Numbered from the stretch's first letter, positions 10,715 through 20,892 are shown. The stretch: DNA of 64,000 bases from Paracoccaceae bacterium (GCA_965200885.1 OZ241737.1:782214-846213), one strand, 5' to 3'. The notes: a model not told the origin generated them from the sequence alone. Program-made: numbers and translations.

Positions 10715-11194
10715 TCAACAGCAAGATGTACCGGTATTGATCTGAAAAATCCCCTCAACCTCGACCGGTATGCCGAAGGGAAGATCGGCCATGCCAACCG
10801 CCGAACGCGCGTGCCTGCCTTTTTCACCGAGAGCCTCGACAAAGAAATCGGAACAGCCGTTGACAACTGCCGGATGTTGGCCAAAATCGGGTGTCGAATT
10901 TACGAAACCTGTCAGTTTCACAACCCTCTCCAGGCGCTCCAAATCACCATCACAGGCATCCTTCACTTGAGCCAGAAGGTTGATTGCACAGATTCTGGCA
11001 GCCTGGGCACCCTCTTCAATCGACATGGTATCCCCCAACTTGCCCTTAGCCATATCTTTTCCCTCAAGCGGAACCTGGCCGGAAACATAAACGAGGTTGC
11101 CAACAACGACATAGGGTATGTAGTTGAATAAGGGCTTTGGCATGGGAGGTAAAACAACCCCCATTTTCTCAAGATTCTTGTTGATTGTATTCAT
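10715..11194 (-). CDS. RidA/YjgF family protein
   Basis: Start placed at the internal Met (MNTINKNLEKMG..). VYVSGQ motif and size typical of RidA-like proteins. Confidence 0.7.
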   Translation of the reverse strand: MNTINKNLEKMGVVLPPMPKPLFNYIPYVVVGNLVYVSGQVPLEGKDMAKGKLGDTMSIEEGAQAARICAINLLAQVKDACDGDLERLERVVKLTGFVNSTPDFGQHPAVVNGCSDFFVEALGEKGRHARSAVGMADLPFGIPVEVEGIFQINTGTSCC

Positions 11195-11314
11195 TTCCAA
11201 CTCCAAAAAAAGTAAATTCGAAAGCCAAATAAAGTTCACTTGGCAGAGAATCCCTATTACCACAGCCACAATACCCCTCAAAGGAGAATCTTTGATTTAC
11301 GACAGAAGAATTCC

Positions 11315-13282
11315 CTAAAGCAGGGGGATAGGCTTCATTCCACTGTGAATTTTCTCCATTGCCAAACGCCAGATTTCGGCGGGCAGGCCACCACCGGTTA
11401 CATTCTTCAGTGGCCTGTTGTTGTCATTACCCATCCAGACACCCGTTACATAATTGCTGGTAAATCCGATGAACCAGGCATCCTTGGCAGATTGTGTCGT
11501 TCCCGTCTTGCCTGCACTTTGCCAATTTTCCATCTTGGCCCTTTGCCCCGTACCCTGTTCAATGACCTGATTCAACATGTAAACCAATTGTCTGGCAGTA
11601 GAACCGGAAATTGCCCTCTGACCGGATTGACCCTGCAAGCTGAACAGAACGGTATCTTCACCCTTTAGTCTGATTTCTTCGATACCATAAGGTATGACTT
11701 CCCAGCCCCCACTCAGAATACCCGTGTAAATCCCTGTCATCTCCAGAAGAGTTGCTTCGGAGGTTCCCAGGGCTAGGCTTGGGCCACTTACCAATTGACT
11801 TTTCAGACCTAGTCTGCGAGCGATGGACGCTACCTTGTCTCGTCCCACCCCCAAGAGAATCTGGACGGCAACAGAATTCAAGGATTTGGCCATTGCCTCG
11901 GTTAGAGTAACTGTTCCAAAATATTTGCTTTCATAATTTTTGGGTGTCCAGGTTTTGCCATCTCGCAAACGAACGGAAATAGGTTCGTCAATATAGGTAT
12001 CCCTATAGTTCAGACCTGTTTCCAGACCGGCAGCAAAAACGATGGGTTTGAACAGGGAACCGGTTTGCCGATAGGCGCTGGACGCCCGGTTGAACAATCC
12101 CGAAGCCTCAAAGTTCTTGCCTCCCACCATTCCGAGAACCGCACCATCTCGTGACATTGTTACGACCGCCAGTTCAACATTGGACCCTTTATAGATCTTG
12201 GTGGAAAAGACTTCCCTCACGGCATCTTCCAATGCTTTCTGTATGGACAGATCGAAGGTGGTCTGGATTTCTACATCCTCACGGGTATCATAAGTGAGAA
12301 ACCCCGGGGCAGTCTGCAAAATCCAGTCAACATAATGTCCGCCAGACTTGTTGGTGGATTCCGGAAACAGCCGGGCAGGATTATTGATGGCATTCTTGGC
12401 TGCATTGGGAGAAATGTATCCTTGACCCTCCATCAGGGAAACCACCAAATTGGCCCTTTGCTGGGAAATCGTAAGGTTTCTGGTAGGTGCGTATCGGGAT
12501 GGTGCCTTCAGCAAACCAGCAAGAAGGGCTGCTTCACCAATAGTCAAGGATTTTGTACGCTTGCCAAAATACCTTTGACTAGCAGCTTCAAAGCCGGTGG
12601 CACCGGCTCCCAGGTAAGCCCGGTTCAGGTAAACCATCAGGATTTCATCCTTGGTATATTTAAATTCAAGAGCGAGGGCAAAGGGAATTTCCTTGACCTT
12701 GCGCCACAAGGCATTGGTTCGGCATGATTTCTCATAATCCCTTGGTTCCGGCCATTTTTCGGAATCATAGGGTTTGTTGAAGCACAGCAATTTTCCCACC
12801 TGCTGGGTGATGGTTGAACCTCCATGCCCGACAAAGGGTGACCTGCCTTCCCTCAAATTGATGATTATTGCACCGATGATACCTCTTGGGCTGATCCCCA
12901 AATGTCTGTAAAACCTTTTGTCCTCGACGGCTATTATGGCATTGATCAAATGGGGAGAAACCGTATCGACAGTCAATTGACCTCCAAACTGCTCACCCCA
13001 CCAGGAGAATATTTTCCCGTTGCGGTCAAAGAAGGTGATGGATCCCTTGGTTCGGCCATCTACAAGGCTATCAGCCGTCGGCAGGGAAGAATAGAAGTAT
13101 ATGGTGGATATTGCCAGAATGATGAACAATATCGTCGCCATTCGCCAACCAAAGGCCCAGACAACCCTGAATACCAATTTGCGGGTCCGACTCCAATACC
13201 CTGAAGGCCTGAGTTTTTTTGTTTGCTGCCGGACTTTCCGTTCAGGAGTCTTGGGAGACCCTTTTGATTGAGGTGAATTCAT
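11315..13282 (-). CDS. bifunctional penicillin-binding protein, PBP1A type
   Basis: N-terminal TM segment, glycosyltransferase motifs AVEDKRFYRH and GGSTITQQ, transpeptidase SxxK (SLFK) and KTGT (AGKTGTT). Confidence 0.85.
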   Translation of the reverse strand: MNSPQSKGSPKTPERKVRQQTKKLRPSGYWSRTRKLVFRVVWAFGWRMATILFIILAISTIYFYSSLPTADSLVDGRTKGSITFFDRNGKIFSWWGEQFGGQLTVDTVSPHLINAIIAVEDKRFYRHLGISPRGIIGAIIINLREGRSPFVGHGGSTITQQVGKLLCFNKPYDSEKWPEPRDYEKSCRTNALWRKVKEIPFALALEFKYTKDEILMVYLNRAYLGAGATGFEAASQRYFGKRTKSLTIGEAALLAGLLKAPSRYAPTRNLTISQQRANLVVSLMEGQGYISPNAAKNAINNPARLFPESTNKSGGHYVDWILQTAPGFLTYDTREDVEIQTTFDLSIQKALEDAVREVFSTKIYKGSNVELAVVTMSRDGAVLGMVGGKNFEASGLFNRASSAYRQTGSLFKPIVFAAGLETGLNYRDTYIDEPISVRLRDGKTWTPKNYESKYFGTVTLTEAMAKSLNSVAVQILLGVGRDKVASIARRLGLKSQLVSGPSLALGTSEATLLEMTGIYTGILSGGWEVIPYGIEEIRLKGEDTVLFSLQGQSGQRAISGSTARQLVYMLNQVIEQGTGQRAKMENWQSAGKTGTTQSAKDAWFIGFTSNYVTGVWMGNDNNRPLKNVTGGGLPAEIWRLAMEKIHSGMKPIPLL

Positions 13283-13451
13283 TGCTCGACATATTCATCC
13301 GAATTTAACCGGGTTCAGTTATTTGAGGCCAGCTTTACGGTATCAGTTGTTAAAATTATCTCTTGATGAGAAACTTCTTCAGTTTATGAAATTTACGATA
13401 ATCATGCAATCAATAAACGACAAATGCAATAATTCCCTTTTTTGGGGAGGG

Positions 13452-13581
13452 GTGTTGCCATGGCAAGCGAAGGATTGGTTGGCCTAGCCGATGCCGGATA
13501 TGCTAGTGGCGACCAGTTGAAGGAATACGGGGACAGGGGCATGGAGATGTATGTTCCCCTGCCCGACAATACCATTCGAAA
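13452..13581 (+). pseudogene. DDE transposase fragment (IS1182/IS5-like catalytic region)
   Basis: Translates to ..LVGLADAGYASGDQLKEYGDRGMEMYVPLPDN. No start codon. It ends exactly at the left end of TIR element A. Confidence 0.45.
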
Positions 13582-13793
13582 GGCGATTATATACTTGTTT
13601 CGCCATTTTCCAAAAAAGCATCTAAATCCAAGGTCAAATGTACACATTGCTTCAAGGAATTTTTCATTTTCAAGATACCCCCAGAATGATGCCAAGGTCA
13701 TAATGAAGCACCCTTCAAAGAAGAATTGAAGGGTGCTGTGAAAGAAGAAAATCGTTTGAAATTGATGTTTGGGGAAACAAGTATATAATCGCC
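13582..13793. mobile_element. TIR element A (212 bp, non-autonomous)
   Basis: Perfect 20-bp terminal inverted repeat: GGCGATTATATACTTGTTTC at 13582-13601 and its reverse complement at 13774-13793. Internal hairpin GCACCCTTCAA..TTGAAGGGTGC. No flanking duplication. Confidence 0.6.
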
Positions 13794-13859
13794 ATAATTT
13801 TGGACCGCCCGATGCAGAAGCCAACCCCGTCCCACCAGGCGAGATCCAGGCCATTCCCG

Positions 13860-14300
13860 ATCATTGACTGTAATGAGCCAGGTTTGCGACGGGACCAGTC
13901 AAAGGCCGTTTCACCCCTTGCCAGATCCTCATGAAGGGTATCTCTTCCGGCCTGTTTTCACCGGTAGCAATCCGGAGGGGATTGCAGCCTTTTTCGTCCG
14001 GATCCATTGCATTGAAGTCGGCCCTTGCCAATCAGCATCTACAGGATATCCCTGTCATGGCTGTCCCTCCTGATGGCAAGGTAGAGTGCATATGGGTATC
14101 CTGGCTCCGGCATCGAGGAGGGTCCTGACGATTTCCGGATCCGGGGTGTCCCCGACCACATTCTCCAGTGGTGTAAATCCTGAAGAAGGATGGGAATTGA
14201 CATCGGTTCCGGCCTTGAGATAGTCTTTGGAAATCGGCAAGGGGTGGCTGTTTCAAACCAGTCGTATTCGTGCCAGGCAGGGTTAGCCCGGTTTTCATAC
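13860..14300 (-). pseudogene. ankyrin-repeat protein gene broken by frameshifts
   Basis: Ankyrin-like segments (GFTPLENVV..PEIVRTLLDAGA; YALYLAIRRDSHDRDIL) are split over at least two minus-strand frames. Confidence 0.45.
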
Positions 14301-14654
14301 ATGACGCAGCTCCCTTTTTTCAAGACGGTTTGGGTTAATTGGATATATGGGAATCAGGGCGGGATCCTGCAATATCCGGGAAATACATCCTAATGATGAA
14401 CGGGCCAATCCGTTTTCATTGGATTTGAAACCTCCTTGGCATAAAATTTGAATAAGGTTTTTCCTTTTGTCAGTTTCCGAATATCCCTGCTCGGCGATCG
14501 GGGAATAAAACAACATACATCCATTGCCACATATTCTGTGACCAAAGGGCAACATGGTATCGCAAAAAGGGCAGGACCATTTGGATCCGCTGGAAGAAAG
14601 CCCATCTCTTCTCACGGCAAGGGGTGGAATGCCCCTGTTTAATTTTGATGACAA
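14295..14654 (-). CDS. hypothetical protein with a possible zinc-ribbon (CPFC..C..C)
   Basis: ORF only, in a GC-rich region where spurious ORFs are common. Confidence 0.25.
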   Translation of the reverse strand: MSSKLNRGIPPLAVRRDGLSSSGSKWSCPFCDTMLPFGHRICGNGCMLFYSPIAEQGYSETDKRKNLIQILCQGGFKSNENGLARSSLGCISRILQDPALIPIYPINPNRLEKRELRHV

Positions 14655-14827
14655 GGCAAGGGACCATTCATGGATAGTGACGATACCGGTGAAAGCATGA
14701 AAATTACGGCTGGCCTACCGATGGTCCCCATGGTCATGAACGGATTCGGGGAGGGTGTCCCGCCGATGTGATCCCTGTTGTCATTATCCCATGGCCAGGC
14801 CCCGAATGGATAAAAAGGGAAAGGATC

Positions 14828-15799
14828 ATGGACAGGATGATGGAAAGCCCATGGCAATGCCACCGGGAAATGGAAGCCGCTAGGGAAGAACTGGCACGGG
14901 CCAAGCGGGAAAGGGAACAGGCGCGGCTGGACAGGGCCTTTGCAGCCTTTCGGGTCGAACCACTGTCCCGGGCCATCAGTACTGGTGACGTTGGTGAAGT
15001 CGAAAGACTCTTGACATCCGGTGTACCTTGCGGTACCAGCCATATTGATGATATCACCCACCTGCATTATGCCCTGCATCAAACCCATGGCGAATGTGAC
15101 CCGGAAAGGCTGGAGACCGTCAACCGGATTGCCAGGCTCCTTGTCATGGCCGGTGTGGATCTCGCGGCACGGGAGAAGCCGGGACTATTCACACCGCTTG
15201 AACTGGCTGTCGTGAACTGGCCGGGGATTACCCTGGACACCATCCGGTTGTTGCTGGAAAGGGGTGCCGATATGCATGCCGTGAATGCCTATGGTGAAAC
15301 GCCCCTCTACCGGGTCATCGAATGCCGGGACGCACACCAGGTGGTTGAACTGCTCCTTGAATTCCAAGATGATGGCCAGCTGGACCAGTCTAGGCTCGAC
15401 GGTGACAACAGGCCGCTCCACATGGCCACCTTCTGTGGCAATGCACATGTCACCAGAATGCTTCTGGGAAGAGGGGTTACGGTCGATTGCATCAATGGCA
15501 GGGGGTACACCCCACTGCAGATCGCAGCTGCCAACGGGAATGCCGGGACAGTATCTGCCCTTCTCGAACATGGGGCCAGTATCACAGCCACCGGCCTGCA
15601 TGGTGATCAGCCGCCCCTCAGGCTGGCCATTTTTTTCAATGCCAATCCGGAAACCGTGAAACTCCTGATCGAGGCCGGGGCCAATCCCGGCAGCTGGGAA
15701 AACGAAGGGGTGGCAAAAAGATGGCCGACTCCGCTTGAAATGGCAAAACGCTTGAAGCGGGAGAGGATTGTCCGATTGTTGCTGGAAGCCGGTGCCTGA
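14828..15799 (+). CDS. ankyrin-repeat protein
   Basis: At least five ankyrin repeats (TPLELAV..LLLERGADMHAVNAYGETPL; RPLHMATFCGNAHVTRMLLGRGV; YTPLQIAAANGNAGTVSALLEHGA). The start is uncertain: 14768 or 14828. Confidence 0.75.
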   Translation: MDRMMESPWQCHREMEAAREELARAKREREQARLDRAFAAFRVEPLSRAISTGDVGEVERLLTSGVPCGTSHIDDITHLHYALHQTHGECDPERLETVNRIARLLVMAGVDLAAREKPGLFTPLELAVVNWPGITLDTIRLLLERGADMHAVNAYGETPLYRVIECRDAHQVVELLLEFQDDGQLDQSRLDGDNRPLHMATFCGNAHVTRMLLGRGVTVDCINGRGYTPLQIAAANGNAGTVSALLEHGASITATGLHGDQPPLRLAIFFNANPETVKLLIEAGANPGSWENEGVAKRWPTPLEMAKRLKRERIVRLLLEAGA

Positions 15800-15853
15800 T
15801 TGCGGATACCGGTGACGGTTTCCATCTGCCGGTCATGACTGGAGAGTTGGCAA

Positions 15854-16654
15854 TTGCCTAATAGGACGATGATGGTTATATTCAGGAACAGAAAAAGGAT
15901 CAAAACCATGAAAATCCCTGAAACCGGAACCGAACATCACTGGACTGGCCCCCTGGGGTCGGATTTCTGGCAGTTGTGTCTGGATCCAGAAATGGTCGAA
16001 TACATGAACTGCAGGATCACGGACTGGAACATCCTGGGCCGCAGGATGCTCATCGATACTAGGGAGGGCATTGTTTCCTGGATCAATAGGTCGGGTACGA
16101 ATGCCGACATCATGGTGGCCGTCGATCACATTGTGGAAGCTGCAGGGGAAGTAGTGGGGAAGAGGATCAAGCAGATGCGCGGAACCCGCTGGCGGCATCC
16201 GGATGACCCTCCGCGGACCGGGATCGAGGCCAACAATTCCTTCTATGTTGGAAAAAAGGCCGAGGAAAAAATCGAGGCATTTGTATCCGGTGGGAGGCAG
16301 GCATCCGAGGAGTTCTGTGACCGGACCCCACCCGATCTCGTGGTTGATGTCGAGATCACCCCCAATGACCGGGACCGGCCGGCAAGGTATGCCGGGCTCG
16401 GTATCCCTGAAGCGTGGCAGGTCCATTCCGATCCGGACCAGGACACGAAAATTGAAAGACCTGTTGTTGAAATGCTAGATTTGCAGGCTGGGGGCAGGCC
16501 GCGCAGGATCGACAGGTCAAGGGTGATGCCGGGTCTCACGACCCAAAACATGCCACGGTTTTTCCATCCGGCCATATTGATCATCAGTATGGAAGGACAT
16601 GCCGAACTGAGGAAATTGCTGGCGGAGGAAATGAAAAAACCGACGATTCACTGA
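15854..16654 (+). CDS. Uma2-family (DUF820) restriction-endonuclease-fold protein
   Basis: PPDLVVDVEITP...RYAGLGIPEAWQV matches the Uma2 PD-(D/E)xK core pattern. The start could be the internal Met near 15908. Confidence 0.6.
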   Translation: MPNRTMMVIFRNRKRIKTMKIPETGTEHHWTGPLGSDFWQLCLDPEMVEYMNCRITDWNILGRRMLIDTREGIVSWINRSGTNADIMVAVDHIVEAAGEVVGKRIKQMRGTRWRHPDDPPRTGIEANNSFYVGKKAEEKIEAFVSGGRQASEEFCDRTPPDLVVDVEITPNDRDRPARYAGLGIPEAWQVHSDPDQDTKIERPVVEMLDLQAGGRPRRIDRSRVMPGLTTQNMPRFFHPAILIISMEGHAELRKLLAEEMKKPTIH

Positions 16655-16850
16655 TCCAGGCAAACGGGATGATTTGAACCGGATTTGGTGGAATCGATAA
16701 GAAGGGCAAAAAGACTCTCCTCAGGATGGCCGTGAAGGGCCAAAGAATCGTTTGGGGTTATCATGATGCCAGCATCCCCTTTTTGATTTTTCCGGATGGA
16801 GGCTTGTGATGGGGACGAAGTTCCTGATTCCTCTGAAACACGAACCTATC

Positions 16851-17018
16851 CATTCAGCTTGGCGGTTCAGTTCCCGTGTTCATGATTCGCATATATTCTG
16901 GATAGGAATAAAGCCTGTTTCTTTTCTGCCCTGTAATCTCTTTTACCATGCCATGTCCTTCCATTTTCCGCAGGCAGGCATTGACTGTTGCAGGCGAGAG
17001 GCCGGTTTGTTCCCCAAT
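16851..17018 (-). pseudogene. C-terminal winged-helix remnant, Fic-family-like
   Basis: Minus-strand translation IGEQTGLSPATVNACLRKMEGHGMVKEITGQKRNRLYSYPEYMRIM.. stop. It is cut off exactly at the left inverted repeat of the IS630-like element. Confidence 0.4.
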
Positions 17019-18107
17019 CTAGTATCTCGCCTCATTTGATATGATGGTCATGCCCCATCAACTACAGCGGTTTGCAAATTCCTCCCCTTCACCTTGTGTT
17101 TTCCGCAAGCAAGCATCAAGGGCAGTAACCGGTTCGAACAACGGCCTGCCCATTTTGGCGGTTGCATTCGTCCTGGTTCAAGTGGGGAAGTCATGGAACA
17201 GGCAAACAGGAGGATTTACCGGGTTGAGCCGACACCGGAAGAACATCGGCCATTGCGCCGGATCGTGGACAGTGGAAAAGGGTCGGTCCGGTATCGCCGA
17301 CGGGCCCCTGTTCTTCTTCTGGCCGATGAAGGTCACAAGGACGGTGGTTGCCACGACAGAGCCATTGCGGGTATTGTCGGGGTCGGCATGGCGACGCCCG
17401 GGCGTGTCCGCAGGCAATGTGTCATGGAAGGTCTGGATATGCGGCCCTGTCCCGCACGGAACAGGTCAACCGCAGGAAACGCCTCCTTGATGGCGAGGGG
17501 GAAGCGGTGTTGACCAGGCCGGCCTGGTCGAAGCCTCCTTCCGGGCGTTCGGAATGGACCATGCGGATGCTGGGTGACCGTCTGGTCGAACTGGAGATTG
17601 CAGACGGCATGTCGGCGGAAACGGTGCGACGGACATTGAAGGAAACGACCTGAAGCCCTGGACCGGGAAGTGCCGGGTCACACCTCCCCGGGAGAATGCC
17701 GATGTCGTCTGTGCCACGAAGGATTGTGCCGGGGACCTTGCGGATGTCCACTTTCCCGGCAGGAGGATTGTCCTGGTCATGGACAGCCTGAACACCCACA
17801 GGCTGTCGACCCTGTACGAAACCCTTGAACCCGGGGAAGCGTCCCGCCTGTTTCAAGGGTTCGAGGCTCATCATGCCCCGAAGCACGGCAGCTGGCCGGA
17901 CATGGCCGAAATGGAGATGAATGTCCTGTCCCCACGGTGTCTGAGGCAGCGCATGCCGGACCGGGAAACGATGATTGCGGAAGTGGGGGCCTGGGAGGAT
18001 GGTCGCAATGAAGAAGCGGCGACGACAGACTGGCGGTTCCGGGCGGAGGATGCCCGGATGAAACTGAAGTCACCCTACCCATCAAATCTATAATGGCGGG
18101 ATACTAG
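17019..18107 (+). mobile_element. IS630-family insertion sequence with a degenerate transposase
   Basis: 13-bp terminal inverted repeats: CTAGTATCTCGCC at 17019-17031 and GGCGGGATACTAG at 18095-18107. The transposase is split over three frames (HTH part, ..WTMRMLGDRLVELEIADGMSAETVRRTLKE, ..VMDSLNTH..HHAPKHGSWPDMAEMEMNVL..). The region that normally carries the first catalytic Asp residues appears to be deleted. Confidence 0.75.
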
Positions 18108-18640
18108 TCCTAACTTCAACTATTAACTTTGCTATTCGGGATTCCTATTTTTGACTACCGGGGTTGAGCATCAAAGAATTTTTGCCCAGTGACCTTCTGG
18201 TTCCGAGTACCAACGCTTCTGTGAAATTGAAATTTACGTTCTGCGGTACGTTTGTCAAGTAATTGATGAACCCTGATCGGAGGGCTAAATCATATATTTT
18301 GGCTTGTATAACATTTCCAACATCTAATTCGATTTTCCTGATCAAAATCAAATTTTCCACCACCAGCGACCAAAACCGATCTCTGAAACATTACCTTGCG
18401 CCTCCTAGATTGACAGGGACTTCATTCTGGTTGCGGCTATCTGGTGTTGGTTCTACAACCGGCAAAATCCGACCCGGAGTTTGAACAGTTTGTTCCAGCC
18501 CTCCACTTCCGGTCGCAGGTAATTTCAGAACAAGACGGTTGGCATGGGAAACCAGCCTTCCACTGTGGTAGATTAACGCCGCCCGGAACGCCTTCATCCG
18601 GACCTGCATCCATTTTGACCAGACCTGCTGGATTGCAACC

Positions 18641-18731
18641 AATTCCCTAGTTTCCGACACATAATTGTAAAGCGTTGGAATCGAGATCCCAAGTTCCTTG
18701 GCTAATTCGCCTGGCTTGCTTTCCGGGTTCC
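18641..18731 (-). pseudogene. serine-recombinase C-terminal HTH remnant
   Basis: Encodes KPGELAKELGISIPTLYNYVSET. It aligns at nucleotide level with 24171-24260 of the intact recombinase gene. Confidence 0.55.
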
Positions 18732-18814
18732 TTATGCATTCCCTGCGGTTCATCGACAAAACAAAATGTCTTCTATCAGTTGACATATACAGGCAAATTG
18801 ACTATCTGATTGGC

Positions 18815-19093
18815 ATGATCGTGTCCTTTGTCAACAAACATCTCAGGGATCTTTGGGAAACAGGCAGGTCGCGGAGGATCGACGCAAGAATGCACGCACG
18901 CATCCTGCGTAGGCTTGATGCACTGGATAATGCATTGCAACCTAGGGATTTGGATCTTCCGGGATTCGACTTTCATGCACTCAAGGGTTATACACCAACA
19001 AGATATACGGTTCATGTAAACGGTCCCTGGTGTGTTACTTTCGAGTTTGAAGACGGGGATGCCCATATGGTAAACTATGAACAATACCACTAG
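18815..19093 (+). CDS. higB: HigB-type (RelE/ParE superfamily) toxin
   Basis: 92 aa. MIVSFVNKHLRDLWETG..LDLPGFDFHALKG..WCVTFEFEDGDAHMVNYEQYH follows the plasmid-maintenance killer protein pattern. Confidence 0.8.
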   Translation: MIVSFVNKHLRDLWETGRSRRIDARMHARILRRLDALDNALQPRDLDLPGFDFHALKGYTPTRYTVHVNGPWCVTFEFEDGDAHMVNYEQYH

Positions 19094-19103
19094 GAGGTAA
19101 AAA

Positions 19104-19406
19104 ATGATGAAGCGGAATCCCGATCACTGTCCAACCCACCCTGGTGCTCTTCTTCGTGAAGATGTATTACCGGCGGTCAAGAAATCAAAGACCGAAATAG
19201 CTTGTCTGCTCGGTATTTCCCGTCAGCACCTGCATGCCATTCTGAAAGAACAAAAGCCGGTCAGTCCGGTGGTAGCTGTTCGTCTCGGCAAGCTTTTCGG
19301 GAATGGGGCTGGCCTCTGGATCAGGATGCAGGGCGCCCATGACGAATGGCATGCTTCCAGGACGGTTGATGTATCCGAAATTCCAACATTGCACACAGCG
19401 AAGTGA
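19104..19406 (+). CDS. higA: HigA-type antitoxin (Xre HTH)
   Basis: HPGALLREDVL..TEIACLLGISRQHLHAILKEQKPVSPVVAVRLGKLFGNGAGLW. It starts 10 nt after higB. Confidence 0.8.
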   Translation: MMKRNPDHCPTHPGALLREDVLPAVKKSKTEIACLLGISRQHLHAILKEQKPVSPVVAVRLGKLFGNGAGLWIRMQGAHDEWHASRTVDVSEIPTLHTAK

Positions 19407-19410
19407 CAAA

Positions 19411-19854
19411 ATGACTCGACCGGTAAGGGAAATCTTGAAAGAAGTAAAGGAATTGGCCATAGAGTATTACGAAACGACAGGAAAACCCCTCGGGATTACA
19501 GGTGAAATTGGGGAATTTGCAGCTTCGGAAATCATGGGATTGGAGTTGACGGGGGCTCGCCAAGAAGGATATGATGCCATTCGATCTTCTGATGGTTCTC
19601 GAATACAAGTCAAAGCACGACGCCTTGTTTCAGTAAATCCAGGAAGGGTACCCAAAATAGATACTGACAAGGAATTCGACAGTGTCATGCTGGTTATGCT
19701 TGGAAAAGATTATAAAGTTCGGGAAATCTGGGAAGCAAGGCGGGAAGCCGTAATCACCAGGCTTGATGAACCGGGTTCAAAAGCACGAAATGAAAGACGG
19801 TCAATGGGGGTAAGTCAATTCAAGTCAATTGCCACAAAAGTATGGCCATTGTAA
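19411..19854 (+). CDS. small PD-(D/E)xK nuclease-like protein
   Basis: Starts 5 nt after the higA stop. Pattern GEIGEF..(19 aa)..GYDAI..(7 aa)..IQVKAR fits an E...D...Q-x-K restriction-endonuclease core. Confidence 0.5.
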   Translation: MTRPVREILKEVKELAIEYYETTGKPLGITGEIGEFAASEIMGLELTGARQEGYDAIRSSDGSRIQVKARRLVSVNPGRVPKIDTDKEFDSVMLVMLGKDYKVREIWEARREAVITRLDEPGSKARNERRSMGVSQFKSIATKVWPL

Positions 19855-20375
19855 GGCTCGTCAAGGATGCCCTTGGTAGGTGCGTTGCAACATTCGGCTG
19901 TCTGGAATATGTATTGTTCCAGGCCTGTTTTTTGTTCACAGGCAATAAGGTTTACCCAGTAGAAACCTACTCCCTCGAAGAAATGGAGGAAAAGGTCCGG
20001 GAGTGGGATAGCGAAGAGGGGAAGGCTCTATCGGATCAACTAGGGCAGTTGATTATAAAATTTGAAAAAGCAATAAGGGATTATCCCAATTCCAAAACCG
20101 ATGGCTTGGAGGAATTGTTGGATCATCTCAAGAAAGGAGTGGATATCAGAAACATGCTTTGCCACGCTTTTTGGCCATCTCCTGACAGGAATGGTTTTAC
20201 AAAACCCTTATACTTCAAAAGGGATTTTGAATATTTTGATAAACCCGTCAATTTGGCCTTCTTGAAGCAAACAAGGCAACATACAACAGAGCTTATTCGT
20301 TTGGTCTTGAACATGGTAGCTTCAAATGGATTGGAGCTTCCAGAAAGAGGCAAACCCTCGCAGGATATTTTGTAA
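19842..20375 (+). CDS. hypothetical protein with an Rx4H (HEPN-like) motif
   Basis: Overlaps the upstream gene by 13 nt. Contains DIRNMLCHAFW (R-x4-H). No other recognisable motif. Confidence 0.4.
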   Translation: MAIVRLVKDALGRCVATFGCLEYVLFQACFLFTGNKVYPVETYSLEEMEEKVREWDSEEGKALSDQLGQLIIKFEKAIRDYPNSKTDGLEELLDHLKKGVDIRNMLCHAFWPSPDRNGFTKPLYFKRDFEYFDKPVNLAFLKQTRQHTTELIRLVLNMVASNGLELPERGKPSQDIL

Positions 20376-20416
20376 CTAATCACGACCGCTCCAAAGGTAC
20401 TACAAACCCGGTACCC

Positions 20417-20650
20417 TCAACCCATATCCTCCCTCGCCCGCATGATGGTCTGCCGGCTTGTTTTCATTGCCCTGGCGATGGCCGGGACCGATTCCCCATC
20501 TTCAAGCCTGTCACGTACCTCCTGCCTCCGGTCCGGCAACAGCACCGTAGGCCTTCCCGGTTTTTTCCCTACGTCCGTGCCATCCCGGCATGTGTCCGTT
20601 CAATGAGAAGTTCGCGTTCGAACTGGGCAACGGCATTGATCTCGTTCATG
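20417..20650 (-). pseudogene. 3' fragment of a second serine-recombinase gene, frameshifted
   Basis: Minus-strand MNEINAVAQFERELLIERTHAGMAR. After a frameshift at an A-run it continues GKKPGRPTVLLPDRRQEVRDRLEDGESVPAIARAMKTSRQTIMRARE. The catalytic N-terminal domain is absent. Confidence 0.6.
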
Positions 20651-20670
20651 GTCCACTTGCTTCATTTTGA

Positions 20671-20854
20671 ATGGTGCTTATATACCTGGCTAGCCAAAAC
20701 ACCAAAAAGTTTGGAAAATCGGGAGAAGGAGACACCTTCATCCAACGAAAACAAGGCAATTGCCGAAGAAATTCACCTAAGGGCAAAAGCGATTGCGGAA
20801 TCCCTGTTCAAGGGGAAATAACCGATTATGGCTAGCCAGGTATATAAGCACCAT
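20671..20854. mobile_element. TIR element B (184 bp, variant ends)
   Basis: Perfect 25-bp inverted repeat: ATGGTGCTTATATACCTGGCTAGCC at 20671-20695 and its reverse complement at 20830-20854. It shares the TTATATAC(C/T)TG core with the other elements. The flanks ATTTTGA and ATTTTAG are only roughly similar. Confidence 0.55.
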
Positions 20855-20892
20855 ATTTTAGGATTGGGATTTTTTGAGAGGGTGAAAAAGGG

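Noticed and set aside
14639-16584. Long antisense ORFs opposite the ankyrin and Uma2 genes (14639-15088, 15185-15601, 15833-16426, 16243-16584 and others)
   Set aside because: Their translations are Pro/Arg/Gly-rich and low in complexity, and they lie antisense to genes with clear domain signatures. This is typical of high-GC DNA.
18145-18363. 72-aa minus-strand ORF immediately right of the IS630-like element, considered as the missing upstream half of the Fic-like gene
   Set aside because: It has no Fic motif (HPFxxGNGR), it is AT-rich unlike the remnant, and it is not in a continuing frame. I left it uncalled.
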